Shown here piece after piece: positions 54,983 to 64,000 of a stretch of 64,000 nt of DNA. Where the stretch lies: IMG/VR virus record IMGVR_UViG_3300017649_000199; one strand, written 5' to 3'. Source of the stretch: a virus. Made by a program: the position numbers and the translations under genes. A model generated the notes under the pieces. It was given only the letters and a program-made list of their open reading frames with translations, did no database searches and had not been told where the DNA came from. Positions within the stretch are counted from its first letter, which is position 1; the number at the start of each line of letters is the position of its first letter.

Positions 54983-55521
54983 GGGCGCGACGCCTCCAAG
55001 AACGCCAGCCCCTTTTCCAGCTCCTTGCGGTACTGCCACACCGTCAGCTCCGCGCCGTAGACCGCCGAGACCGCCGCGGCCTTCTTCTTCTGCGAGCCCC
55101 GCGCGCCGGCGTACTCCTCGCGGACGATGAGGGCGCGCATGCGGTTGGCCCGGTACAGGCGCGACATCGCGCGGTCGATCCACCGGTACTCATCGGGCGA
55201 GCCGTGGTGGACGGCCGCGCCGCGGACGGCCGGCGACTCCTTGCACGGGATCGGGTCAACGAATTCCATGGGCAGCGCGCGCGGCTTCCCTTCCGGCGTC
55301 GTGAGCCCGGCGGCCAGCCCCATCAGCATCCGTCGGGAACTGCCGTCACGGGGCACGATGTCGCGGCGGACGCTCGCGGCTCGGGCTGCCTCCGCCTCTG
55401 CCGCGGCGATCTCCTGCGCCCGGGCAAGCGGGTGCTCGTCCTGGACCAGCACCGGCGCCCAGCAGTGCCCATGCTCCTGGTAGTGCCCCCAGAACTTCAT
55501 TGTCTCCTTGAGCGAGGTCAT
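54979..55521 (-). CDS. Putative late antiterminator (Q-like)
   Basis: ..WG.. N-terminus, IDRA..RL...EY C-terminal HTH; position before late promoter. Confidence 0.55.
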   Translation of the reverse strand: MTSLKETMKFWGHYQEHGHCWAPVLVQDEHPLARAQEIAAAEAEAARAASVRRDIVPRDGSSRRMLMGLAAGLTTPEGKPRALPMEFVDPIPCKESPAVRGAAVHHGSPDEYRWIDRAMSRLYRANRMRALIVREEYAGARGSQKKKAAAVSAVYGAELTVWQYRKELEKGLAFLEASRP

Positions 55522-55736
55522 CGGCTCGCTCCTTTCGCCTTCGTGGCGGTGGCGATGAATCGCTCCAGGCGCGCCGCCTTCTGCCTGGCGAGGGACGCGG
55601 CGTGCCGGAACGTCTCGGCCACGGTGGAGCGTTCCCGCCCGTACTGCGGCCGGTCGTACTGCCGCGCCTCCGCCTCCATCTGGTCGGCGAAGTCGCGCAG
55701 CGCCTTGGGGCCATCGGGGATGAGATCAGTCGTCAT
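55518..55736 (-). CDS. Hypothetical protein
   Basis: Coupled ORF. Confidence 0.6.
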   Translation of the reverse strand: MTTDLIPDGPKALRDFADQMEAEARQYDRPQYGRERSTVAETFRHAASLARQKAARLERFIATATKAKGASR

Positions 55737-57075
55737 AGCCCACCCCGACGATCTGGCGGCCCTGTCGTGCGCGCGGCGCCGCTGGCTTCGTCCTGCGCAG
55801 CGTTCCCGCCTGCTCGGCCGGTGGCGGTGGCGGCGCGTCCATCGGCGTGAACCGTTGCATGGCCATGTCGGCGTGCATGTAGAACTCGCCCAGCGCGCCG
55901 TTGCGGTGCTTGGCGACCTTCGCCTTGACCGTGCTGCGGTCGGCCTTGTTCGGCCGATGCAGGAAGATCACCACGTCCGCGTCCTGCTCAATCGCGCCCG
56001 AACCGCGCAGGTGTTTCAGCTCCGGCTCGTCGTCGCCATCGCGGTTCAGCTGGGAAAGCAGGATCACCGGAATCCGCAGTTCCTTCGCCAGCCCCTTGAG
56101 GGTGCGGGTCACATGCTGGATGCCCTGCTCCTGCGTGTCGTTCTTCGGCAGGTCGATGTAGGTCAGGTAGTCGATGGCGACCAAGGCCAGCGGCTCGGTG
56201 GCGCGCAGCTGGCGCGCGCGGGCGCAGATGGCCTCGACGGTCATCCCCGAAGCGTCGTCCACGAACAGGCCCAGCTTCTGGAGGGCGCTGAACGCCTCGG
56301 TGCTGCGCGGCCACTCCTCCGGCTCCATCTGCTTCGGTTGGCGGATATGCGCGGCGTTGATGCGCCCCAGGTGGGAAATGGCGCGATCCGACAGCTGCTC
56401 GCCGGACATCTCCAGCGAAGCGAACAGCCCTACCCTGCCAACGCCCGGGCTTGTGGCGTGAAGGACCGACTGCATCGCAAACGCCGACTTTCCCACGCTG
56501 GGCCGCGCCGCGACGATCACCAGGTCGGTGTCCTGCCACCCGCCCAGCAGGTCGTCCAGCGGCTCGTACCCGGTCGGGATGCCGGTCATCAGCCCGTCCT
56601 GCTCGTACCGGCGCATCAGCCCGTCCTTGGACATCCGGGCGAACTCCGAAATATGCCGCGGGCCGGCGCCAGCCACGCGCGGCTCACAGTCGGCCAGCAG
56701 GCGGCGCGCGGTGGCGAACGCATCGTCCGGATGGGTCAGGTTTGCGATTGCACGGCCGACGCTCTGCAGGCGACGGAGAGCGTTCCGGCTGGACAGCTGG
56801 TCGGCGTAGTTCCGGATGAAGCGTGCAGAGCCCAGGCTGTTTGCCGAGATGTCGAGCGCGTGGTCCGCAAGGTCCGGAAAGCTCTCGCCGATGCTCACGG
56901 CGTCCGCGGGCTTGCCGGCCTTGATCTCCTGCACCAGCACATTGAACAGCTCGCGGTTCTGGCCGTTCTGGAAATCGCTCTCCAGCAGCACATCGGCGGC
57001 GCTCCAGTACGCATTGCGGTCGCGGAGCATGCACGCCAGTACCGCGCCCTCGGCGTCCCATACGGGGCGGCTCAT
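55726..57075 (-). CDS. DnaB-like replicative helicase
   Basis: AARPSVGKS, IDYL, LSQLNR, LRGSGAIEQDAD. Confidence 0.95.
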   Translation of the reverse strand: MSRPVWDAEGAVLACMLRDRNAYWSAADVLLESDFQNGQNRELFNVLVQEIKAGKPADAVSIGESFPDLADHALDISANSLGSARFIRNYADQLSSRNALRRLQSVGRAIANLTHPDDAFATARRLLADCEPRVAGAGPRHISEFARMSKDGLMRRYEQDGLMTGIPTGYEPLDDLLGGWQDTDLVIVAARPSVGKSAFAMQSVLHATSPGVGRVGLFASLEMSGEQLSDRAISHLGRINAAHIRQPKQMEPEEWPRSTEAFSALQKLGLFVDDASGMTVEAICARARQLRATEPLALVAIDYLTYIDLPKNDTQEQGIQHVTRTLKGLAKELRIPVILLSQLNRDGDDEPELKHLRGSGAIEQDADVVIFLHRPNKADRSTVKAKVAKHRNGALGEFYMHADMAMQRFTPMDAPPPPPAEQAGTLRRTKPAAPRARQGRQIVGVGYDD

Positions 57076-57914
57076 TCCTGCACCTCGCCTTCGGCCGCGG
57101 CGAGCAGCACGTTCACGATCTGCAAGAACCGCTCGTCATCCACCAGCGTTTTGAGCGACTGTTTCCAGCGCGCGTTCCGGGGATTCGGCCGGTCTCCGCG
57201 CATCCACGGATCTTTCAGGCACTCGGTGAAGTACAGCCGCCAGAACTCCTCCGGCTCGTACTCCATGCCGTTGTCGGCGCAGGCTTTCCGCGCGTCCTTG
57301 TCCACCTGCTGCAGGCGCCGGGTGAACTTCGGATTCATCGCCCGGCATGCGATGCAGCCAGTGCGGTGCCCGAGGAGATCGTTGTAGGCGTCGCGGATGA
57401 CCTCGGGGGGCGTTCGATCATCAACATCATCGGAGGGGCGATCCAGCGATTCCGCGTCAGCGGAAGCACCACCCTGGATCTTCTGATGGTTATATGACGG
57501 ATTGGGTGCAGCTCCTGCACCCCGTTCGGTCGTCATTTGCACCCCGTTCGCGTCGTCATTTGCACCCCGTCCCCCCGCGCGGCGTGCAGCTCCTGCACCC
57601 CGTTCGGCGCTGGCGCGAGCGAGTTTCGTCATCACGATGTCGTAGCAGACCGGCCGGCGGTCGGGCCGCTCGATGTAGGCGGCGACGATCTTCTGGTTGC
57701 CCCTGCGGATCTGTCCGTCTTTTTCCAGAAGGTCCAGCTTTGCCCGCACCGTGCGGGGGGAAAGCCCGGTGTCCTCGCACAGGCGGCCAACGGATGGGAA
57801 CGCGGCCCGGCCGTCCTGGTCGGCGTAGTTGGCGAGGCACAGCAGAACGTGGCGTGCGGTGGCGTCGGTAACCGATGCCTGATCGATGGCCCAGGCCATG
57901 GCTTGGATGCTCAT
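57072..57914 (-). CDS. Replication initiator (N-terminal winged HTH)
   Basis: MSIQAMAWA..VLLCLANYAD..FPSV; internal iterons. Confidence 0.9.
   Translation of the reverse strand: MSIQAMAWAIDQASVTDATARHVLLCLANYADQDGRAAFPSVGRLCEDTGLSPRTVRAKLDLLEKDGQIRRGNQKIVAAYIERPDRRPVCYDIVMTKLARASAERGAGAARRAGGRGANDDANGVQMTTERGAGAAPNPSYNHQKIQGGASADAESLDRPSDDVDDRTPPEVIRDAYNDLLGHRTGCIACRAMNPKFTRRLQQVDKDARKACADNGMEYEPEEFWRLYFTECLKDPWMRGDRPNPRNARWKQSLKTLVDDERFLQIVNVLLAAAEGEVQE
57516..57603. repeat. Replication origin iterons
   Basis: TGCACCCCGT at 57516, 57538, 57561 and 57594 within the initiator gene. Confidence 0.8.
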
Positions 57915-58258
57915 GCGCCGGCTCCCTCTTGCAGCTCACGCAGCGCCAAGGTGGCGAACACTTCGATGTGGCGCTTGGTGATCCACGACTTCGGCGCGAC
58001 CTGACGCACCCATTCCAGCGCCTGGCGTGCGTCCCGCAAGTAGAAGTCGTAATCGGGATTATCGCCCTCGGGGTAACGCTCGCGGTCGAAGAACTCGACA
58101 GCGACGCGTCCATCCGGAAGCCGCTCGCGGAATCGAACAAGGGGGAACCGTCGCTCCCGCTCGATTCGCTGCATCACTTCATCGAGAACGTCTGCGCAGG
58201 GGCGCAGGCCGGGTTCGCGCTGGCCGCGATTTGACACAGGGGTGTTTTGGCGTTGCAT
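57911..58258 (-). CDS. Hypothetical protein
   Basis: ORF MQRQNTP coupled to initiator. Confidence 0.6.
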   Translation of the reverse strand: MQRQNTPVSNRGQREPGLRPCADVLDEVMQRIERERRFPLVRFRERLPDGRVAVEFFDRERYPEGDNPDYDFYLRDARQALEWVRQVAPKSWITKRHIEVFATLALRELQEGAGA

Positions 58259-58472
58259 AATGGCCTCGGTCTCACGAAGCCTCGGCATCTGTCTGCCCGA
58301 CAGCCGAGGCTTCGTCGTATCTGACGAATGGACCGCCGTAGCGGCCCGCCTCGCGCCAGACGCCCATGCACCCCCTGGGGTAACCGTGCATTGCGTGGTC
58401 GCCGTCCCTGATGCCCTCGCGCCCGATCCTTCGGGCGAGTTCGCGCGCGCATCGCGCGCCTTGCTGATGCTG

Positions 58473-58688
58473 CTAGGCAGCCGAGACGCGCTCTCCCTTG
58501 GCCGGGGACGCGTTCGTTATGTAGAGCTGGTGCAGGATCACAGCCGCCATCCCCTTTGGCTCCACCGTCCGGTCCTTCTTGATGTCGCAGATGGCGGCCG
58601 GGGACTTTCCGATCCGGCGCGCCAGCTCAGATGCCGTCCAGCCGCGGGCTTCGAGGCGAGCGATCAGCTCTTTCCAAGTGATGTCCAT
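58473..58688 (-). CDS. Cro-like repressor
   Basis: TASELARRIGKSPAAICDI HTH; divergent from cI. Confidence 0.85.
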   Translation of the reverse strand: MDITWKELIARLEARGWTASELARRIGKSPAAICDIKKDRTVEPKGMAAVILHQLYITNASPAKGERVSAA

Positions 58689-58697
58689 GAGGCGCAT

Positions 58698-58736
58698 TAT
58701 GGGATGCCAGAACACAAAGTTCAATGGCATCCAATA
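58698..58736. promoter_or_regulatory. OR-like operators of prophage 2
   Basis: TATGGGATGCCAGA and AATGGCATCCAATA. Confidence 0.7.
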
Positions 58737-58760
58737 ATGGTTTTCAAGAAGAATGGACTC

Positions 58761-59435
58761 ATGAGCACTATTGGCGAACGGATCAAGGAAGCGCGCCAGC
58801 GCGCGGGCCTCACGCGGGCGGAAGTTGCCGCCAAGGCGGGGATTGCTTACCCGACACTGGCCGGCATAGAGAACGGCGACCAGCGCGGCACTACACGCCT
58901 GCCAGCGATAGCGAGCGCCCTGGGCGTCAGCTCGGAATGGCTGCTCACCGGCCGGGGCGCATTGACCGGCCCCGAAGTAGATCCGACTGCAGGAGAGTAC
59001 ATGGATGTGATCGGCTACTCCCAAGCCGTAGGGCTCGGCGCTGGCGGAGCCGAAGCAGTCGAATACGCAGAGACGCACAGCCTCAAGTTCAAAAAGACCA
59101 GCCTCCGCAGACGCGGCATCCTCAATCGCCCCCTCGCCGTCTACTACGGCAAGGGCGACAGCATGGAGCCGACTATCAACGACGGCGACGCCATCCTGTT
59201 CGATAGCTCAGATACCCGTGTCCGCGACGGCGCGCTGTACGTGATCCAGGTCGACGGCGCGGCCAACCCGGAGTACTACGTGAAGCGCGCCATGGTGCTC
59301 GACGGGCTCGTCTATTTCGCCAGCGACAACCCGGCAGGCGATCACGACTGGCGCAAACCCCGCCGCATGGAATCGGATCGCCATCCCATAACGGTGATCG
59401 GAAAAGTCCACTGGGTCGGCGGCTGGCGCGAGTAG
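58761..59435 (+). CDS. cI: CI-like repressor (HTH + S24)
   Basis: IGERIKEARQR HTH, GDSMEP, VKR. Confidence 0.95.
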   Translation: MSTIGERIKEARQRAGLTRAEVAAKAGIAYPTLAGIENGDQRGTTRLPAIASALGVSSEWLLTGRGALTGPEVDPTAGEYMDVIGYSQAVGLGAGGAEAVEYAETHSLKFKKTSLRRRGILNRPLAVYYGKGDSMEPTINDGDAILFDSSDTRVRDGALYVIQVDGAANPEYYVKRAMVLDGLVYFASDNPAGDHDWRKPRRMESDRHPITVIGKVHWVGGWRE

Positions 59436-59458
59436 CTTAACGCGTTAAGAAAATTTCT

Positions 59459-59500
59459 TATGGCATCCCATTGACCGGGATTTATTGAATGCCATAGCAT
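59459..59500 (+). promoter_or_regulatory. PL/OL-like promoter and operators
   Basis: TATGGCATCCCATT, TATTGAATGCCATA; TTGACC...TAGCAT. Confidence 0.75.
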
Positions 59501-59541
59501 TGCCCCATCGCGCCGGAAGTGCCGGCGAAGGGGGCAAGACC

Positions 59542-60270
59542 ATGCAGCAGCCAGCCAGTCAGGAAGCCAGGACACCCGACCTGCTCCTGTTCCGCTTCGA
59601 GGGATCGACCCTCACCGACGGCCGAGCAATGCCAGCCGACGGACAGTGGGTCGCGGCGCGCGCCAGCAACCTGTTCACCGGCTACAACACTCCTTGGGAA
59701 GCCCTGCTTCACGCAACTGGCCCGACCCTCTGCGTTATCACCCTCTCGGCGGACGCTTCCTACGCGGCGGAGTCCCGCACCTGGCTGGCGAAGGGCAAGA
59801 AGATCGTGAAGCGCCTCAACGCCTCCCAGATGCTTCGCGCTTTCTCCCTGCAGCTGGCCCTTGAGGTGGCTCCCTACTGGAAGCCATCGCCGATGGTGCG
59901 GGAGTTCCTCTGCTCGGGCGACGCGACGCTCCGTGAGGCGGTGTATCGCACAGCCCCCTGCGCCGACGAAGGTAGCATCGACGCCGCAGCGGACGCGGCC
60001 CATTCCGCGGCACACCCGCTCCCCTCGCGTGCAGTAGTCCTTGTTGCCGGCGCCGTTGCCAACGTCTACCGCGACATCACCACGGCGGAGGTGTTCTTCG
60101 ACGCGAGCGCAGACGCCGCTCAGACCAACGATCCCGCGGAATGGCCAACTCCTGAGTTCGACACCTGGTCGGAGCCGGGCTATCGCGTTGGCGATCAGGT
60201 GAGGGAGCGCATCGAAGCGCATTTCGACCGGATGGTCGGGACGGCCCTCAACCTGCGGGGGTTCGCATGA
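59542..60270 (+). CDS. Hypothetical early protein
   Basis: First ORF after PL. Confidence 0.65.
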   Translation: MQQPASQEARTPDLLLFRFEGSTLTDGRAMPADGQWVAARASNLFTGYNTPWEALLHATGPTLCVITLSADASYAAESRTWLAKGKKIVKRLNASQMLRAFSLQLALEVAPYWKPSPMVREFLCSGDATLREAVYRTAPCADEGSIDAAADAAHSAAHPLPSRAVVLVAGAVANVYRDITTAEVFFDASADAAQTNDPAEWPTPEFDTWSEPGYRVGDQVRERIEAHFDRMVGTALNLRGFA

Positions 60271-60539
60271 AAACCGACGCTATCGCCCTACGCGCACGCT
60301 GGGCGGCCGAGTACCGCGAGGCGCGCAAGCTGGCGCGCTTCATCGAGACCTTCCACAACAAGCTGAGCCATTTGCCGCCCAGCAAGCGCACCCTCCCGAA
60401 GTGCCGCGGTTTCGACTTCGCGCGACTGCAGGGCGACAACCTCCGTTGGATCGGCGAAGGCTTGTTCCCGCCCAATGTGAAGTGCCATCGCTCGCGCTTG
60501 GCATGCCTGCAGCACCAGCACCCGAGGCTGCCGGCATGA
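60267..60539 (+). CDS. Hypothetical protein
   Basis: ATGA overlap. Confidence 0.6.
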   Translation: MKTDAIALRARWAAEYREARKLARFIETFHNKLSHLPPSKRTLPKCRGFDFARLQGDNLRWIGEGLFPPNVKCHRSRLACLQHQHPRLPA

Positions 60540-60684
60540 TCGCCCTGGCCCTCACGATGCTGGCGCCTGCTGCCGGCGGCGCGCTGCTCCTGCACCTGTG
60601 GCAGACGCGCCCTCGCCACCCGAAGCCCCGGCCGCCGATGGCGGTCTACCGCCAGCACAGCGCGCGGGGTGAGGCGTGAGCCGG

Positions 60685-61173
60685 TCAGCCCTTCCGCTTG
60701 GTCGTCGGCTCCGCGCCCTCAAGGGGCGGATCTTCCTGGATACGAAGGATTGCGGCTGCACTCCTGATCTTTTCGTCCTTGGACTCAACCACCGCGCGCT
60801 CGTAAGTCTTGGCCACCGTCAGACTCGCATTGCGCAAACGCTGCAGCTGCTCGGGCATCTCCCGCCCTTCCCACGCGCGATTCAAGAGGTCCGCCACCAT
60901 GACGGACGACGTGAGCGCACCCGCCTTGGCGACCTCAGCATCTTGTCGGGCCGCGTCAAGCGACTCGCGCAGCGCGGTGACCACCTCGATCACGCGCTCG
61001 TCGTCCACCGACCGCCTGAAGCTAGCCTCGAGGCGAGCATTGATTTCAGCGTTCAAGGAACGCCCGGCCACGGTTGCAGCGTTCTCCAGCTGCTCACGCA
61101 ACTCCGGCTGCATGCGCAGCCCAAAGGGGTTGATCGCCGCTGTCGCCGGCCGTGTCTCGGTCTTTTTCGCCAT
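60685..61173 (-). CDS. Mnt/Arc-family ribbon-helix-helix repressor
   Basis: PFGLRMQPELRE.L..AA...GRSLNAEI..RL plus C-terminal extension. Confidence 0.88.
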   Translation of the reverse strand: MAKKTETRPATAAINPFGLRMQPELREQLENAATVAGRSLNAEINARLEASFRRSVDDERVIEVVTALRESLDAARQDAEVAKAGALTSSVMVADLLNRAWEGREMPEQLQRLRNASLTVAKTYERAVVESKDEKIRSAAAILRIQEDPPLEGAEPTTKRKG

Positions 61174-61175
61174 AG

Positions 61176-61241
61176 CTACATGATGAAGCCAAAAAACGCT
61201 TGACACCATGACTACATGGTGTAACTAATAACACTATGTAG
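61176..61241. promoter_or_regulatory. Pant-like promoter/operators
   Basis: TTGACA at 61200; palindrome ACACCATG-ACTA-CATGGTGT; CTACATGRTG repeats. Confidence 0.7.
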
Positions 61242-61262
61242 TCACCAGCCATTGGAGACGAC

Positions 61263-61433
61263 ATGCAGGACCGCAAGCAACTGACCCGCGATACCAACCC
61301 GTTTGGTCTGCGGATGGACAAGGAAGTCCGCCAGGCAGTCGAGGTCAAGGCCACCGAGTTGGACCGCAGCCTCAACTGGACGATCAACCACCTCCTGAAA
61401 CAGGCCCTGGGCCTCAAGGACCCCTCCCCGTGA
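61263..61433 (+). CDS. Arc-like repressor (56 aa)
   Basis: Manual translation MQDRKQLTRDTNPFGLRMDKEVRQAVEVKATELDRSLNWTINHLLKQAL...; GGAG RBS. Confidence 0.85.
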   Translation: MQDRKQLTRDTNPFGLRMDKEVRQAVEVKATELDRSLNWTINHLLKQALGLKDPSP

Positions 61434-62260
61434 CAGACCTCACCATCCTCTCCAGCCGCAGTAGCCGGCCTGCCGTCACCATGACGAGCCTGGAGCTGGT
61501 CGATTTCATCAACGACTTCCGACGCGAGCAGGCGACGAAGGCAGGCGTAGCGTTCCCGTCGAAGGGCTACGCCAAGCTGGAACATTCGGATTTCCTGAAG
61601 AAGGTCCCCGAAGTCCTCGGCGCGGCAGTAGCCGGAAATTTTTCCGGCTACTACACCGCCAGCAACGGCAAGGCCAATCCGCTCTACACCTTCCCCAAGC
61701 GGGAAGCAGTCCTGCTGGCGATGAGCTACAGCTACGAGCTGCAGGCGCTGGTGTACGACCGCATGACGGCGCTGGAGGAGCAGGCTGCCCGACCTGCCTT
61801 ACCCGACTTCACCGATCCGGCGACGGCGGCGATTGCCTGGGCCGAGCAGTACCGGGCCAAGACCGCGGCCGAGGCCCAAGCCGCCGCCTTGGTTCACGAA
61901 GTGGCCGCGCAGGCGCCCAAGGTCGAGTTCCACGATCAGGTCGTGCAGAGCGATCAGCTTCTGGACCTCGGCGAAACGGGCAAGCTCCTGGGGACTGGCC
62001 GCACGCGCCTGTGCCGCTGGATGCGGGAAAACCGCTGGCTCAACCGCTACAACGAGCCGTACCAGGACAAGATCGAGGCCGGGCTGCTCGACCTGAAATA
62101 CAGCAAGCCGTGGACTCACCCCGAGAAAGGGGAGGTGCGATCGATCACCACGATGGTGACCGGTAAGGGACTCGCGCGGCTGCACAAGGCATTCGCCGCC
62201 CTCGCCGCCGCTCCTCCGCCTGGAGTCACTCGAGAGCCGCCGCCGGCCCCCGCCCCCTGA
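61430..62260 (+). CDS. Antirepressor (Rha-like N-terminus, KilAC C-terminus)
   Basis: MTSLELVDFIN, LPDFTDPATAA.AWAEQ, PKVEF, TGKG. Confidence 0.85.
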   Translation: MTDLTILSSRSSRPAVTMTSLELVDFINDFRREQATKAGVAFPSKGYAKLEHSDFLKKVPEVLGAAVAGNFSGYYTASNGKANPLYTFPKREAVLLAMSYSYELQALVYDRMTALEEQAARPALPDFTDPATAAIAWAEQYRAKTAAEAQAAALVHEVAAQAPKVEFHDQVVQSDQLLDLGETGKLLGTGRTRLCRWMRENRWLNRYNEPYQDKIEAGLLDLKYSKPWTHPEKGEVRSITTMVTGKGLARLHKAFAALAAAPPPGVTREPPPAPAP

Positions 62261-62355
62261 TCTTTTCACTTTGCGCGGCGCGCGCGGGCATGGATTCGCA
62301 CGCTCGCATTCTCGCCGGCAGCAGCACAACCCATCCATCAAGGAAACCCGCATCC

Positions 62356-62628
62356 GTGAGTAGGAAAACCCCTACACAGCCGCATCTTCCCGGCGCAACC
62401 GTCCTCCGCGTGACGGCCGGCGAAACCATCCACATCGGCCCCGACGTGCAGGTGCATACGGCGCAGGCAGACGACGGCCACGCAGTGCTCTCCATCTGGG
62501 CGCCGCGGAATCTCAGCATCGACCGGGCCAAGAACTTCCGCCCGTCCAGAAACAGTGACGGCCAGGGCGCGCCAACGCCCCAGCCGTCTGCCAAGCAATT
62601 CCCTTCATCGACCAAGACGCAGGAGTAA
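62356..62628 (+). CDS. Divergent CsrA/RsmA-like RNA-binding protein
   Basis: VLRVTAGETIHIGPDVQV...AVLSIWAPRNLSIDR aligns to CsrA LILTRRVGETLMIGDEVTV...VRIGVNAPKEVSVHR. Confidence 0.65.
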   Translation: MSRKTPTQPHLPGATVLRVTAGETIHIGPDVQVHTAQADDGHAVLSIWAPRNLSIDRAKNFRPSRNSDGQGAPTPQPSAKQFPSSTKTQE

Positions 62629-62632
62629 TCAC

Positions 62633-63184
62633 ATGGCCCGCAAAAGTGTATCCAAAGTCGCTCGGCCGCGCGTGAAGTGCCGCTACAACACGCGGCGCAC
62701 TTACCCGCTCCATCGTGTGCCCTTTGCTTGGAAAGGGAAGCCCTTGGACACCGACGGTCCCCGAAATCTCTACTGGAACATGCCCGAGATTGAGGGCTAC
62801 CTGAATGGATGCGATTTCGGGAAGGCTGCCGCGTCAGCTTGGCTCAAGGCTTGTCTCGAAACCTCTTCCGACGGCGCCAACTACTCGGCGGGCATCGGCA
62901 CCATCGTGCATAGCCTGCTCGCTTCCTACGGCATCCACGACTGCGAAAAGACAGCTGCCGGGCAGGGCCGTCGGGGGCTGGTAGTCGGCTTCTTCTACGA
63001 GATCGAGAAGCTCGTCAAGTTTGCCCTGACTCACAGCACTGAGGGAAAGCGCCTTCGCGCCACCACCGAGGCCGAGATCGTCAAAATGATGGAGTACTAC
63101 GCGAACCGGGACGAGGCTGCTTACATTGCAGCGATGCAGGTTGTTGCGGAGGAGCGGGATGCCGCAACGGGAGGCAAGGCATGA
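62633..63184 (+). CDS. Hypothetical protein
   Basis: AGGAG RBS; possible paralog of next gene. Confidence 0.7.
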   Translation: MARKSVSKVARPRVKCRYNTRRTYPLHRVPFAWKGKPLDTDGPRNLYWNMPEIEGYLNGCDFGKAAASAWLKACLETSSDGANYSAGIGTIVHSLLASYGIHDCEKTAAGQGRRGLVVGFFYEIEKLVKFALTHSTEGKRLRATTEAEIVKMMEYYANRDEAAYIAAMQVVAEERDAATGGKA

Positions 63185-63615
63185 GCGCGCCACGAAAGGC
63201 CGCGCCCAAGAAGCGTACCCGCCGTGCAGATGATAGGCCCATCGCTCGCGGCCCGTGGTACGTCAGTTCGTACGCCGCTGCTAAGGCGGATGAACTGACC
63301 TGCGTTCGCATGGGTCCCGTGCGGCCGGAGTTCAACAACACCAGGCTTGTCGAATCTTGGTGGGATGTGCAGCCCGCCAAGATCAACTACTGCCACGTGC
63401 ATTGGACGCATGGTCGCGCGCTTGCTTTCGATATTATCGACGCCCTGCGTAATCCGGACGGCGATATGGTTCCGTCGCAGCTTGGCGCAACCCTCTCCTC
63501 GATGGTCGAGTGGGCGCACCGGTCGCAGTACGATCTAGAAGCGATGAAGGGAATCGCCTACGGCTTCGGCAGCGTCCTGGGCGAGTATATCCAGCGCCAT
63601 AACGCGAGCAGGTGA
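63181..63615 (+). CDS. Hypothetical protein
   Basis: ATGA overlap. Confidence 0.7.
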   Translation: MSAPRKAAPKKRTRRADDRPIARGPWYVSSYAAAKADELTCVRMGPVRPEFNNTRLVESWWDVQPAKINYCHVHWTHGRALAFDIIDALRNPDGDMVPSQLGATLSSMVEWAHRSQYDLEAMKGIAYGFGSVLGEYIQRHNASR

Positions 63616-64000
63616 CGGGCATGGACAGGCATCCCCACCTCGTTCGTTCCCCGCGCTATGGCGAGCGCCTGATGACCATCTCGGAGTTTCGCCAGCGCGA
63701 GTTCGTTGGCGCACTCGCGCGCGCCCTGCCCCGGCTCGGCTACTTCGTGCGGGTCAGGTGCGTGGGCCAGTACCTGCGGCACCGCCTCCGCGATGACTTC
63801 GGAACCGATGACGCGAAGTCCATCCCGGCCGAAATGCTCGATGCAGCGGAAGTGCTGCTCCGGGAACTGACCGCCAAAGCGCGCGCCCACCGCGACACCA
63901 CCCACGAATCGATGCGGATCTTCGCGCGCGATGTCATCGCCGCCGGCCGCGACCTACCCCTCTACGGCGCCGGCAAGAGCCGCGCAAGGAGCATCCATTG

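Larger units (their letters stand above)
29803..64000. mobile_element. Prophage 2, HK97/lambda-like siphovirus (right end outside window)
   Basis: Complete tail, head, lysis, replication and immunity modules in lambdoid order. Confidence 0.95.

Overview
The window is entirely prophage DNA, high in GC and Xanthomonadaceae-like (probably Stenotrophomonas, by inference). Two unrelated temperate phages sit in tandem, joined at a 3' fragment of tRNA-Cys (29754-29802, minus strand). Prophage 1 (<1-29753) is podovirus-like: nozzle, adaptor, capsid, portal and terminase genes, a nin region, DnaB plus replication initiator, cII/cro/cI, ERF plus YqaJ recombination genes, two DNA methyltransferases and an integrase. 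Prophage 2 (29803->64000) is an HK97/lambda-like siphovirus: complete tail, head and lysis modules, hicAB, Q-like gene, DnaB plus initiator, cro/cI, a P22 immI-like mnt/arc/ant region and a CsrA-like gene. Two observations stand out. (1) Prophage 1's early operon carries a three-cassette array of integron-type attC sites (about 25829-27101). Each cassette is bounded by its own perfectly complementary core sites, the ORFs run opposite to canonical attC polarity, and no integron integrase is in view. (2) A DUF3800 (RNase H-like) gene occupies the lambda rexAB position right after cI and is followed by a compact multi-stem ncRNA candidate and a terminator, making it a candidate RNA-associated defence or toxin-antitoxin system. 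Other observations include a scar of a replaced repressor, a G11 tract in a methyltransferase, a hairpin+GCACC repeat array and an HK97 gp15-position moron. All family calls come from reading motifs and gene context; no searches were run.
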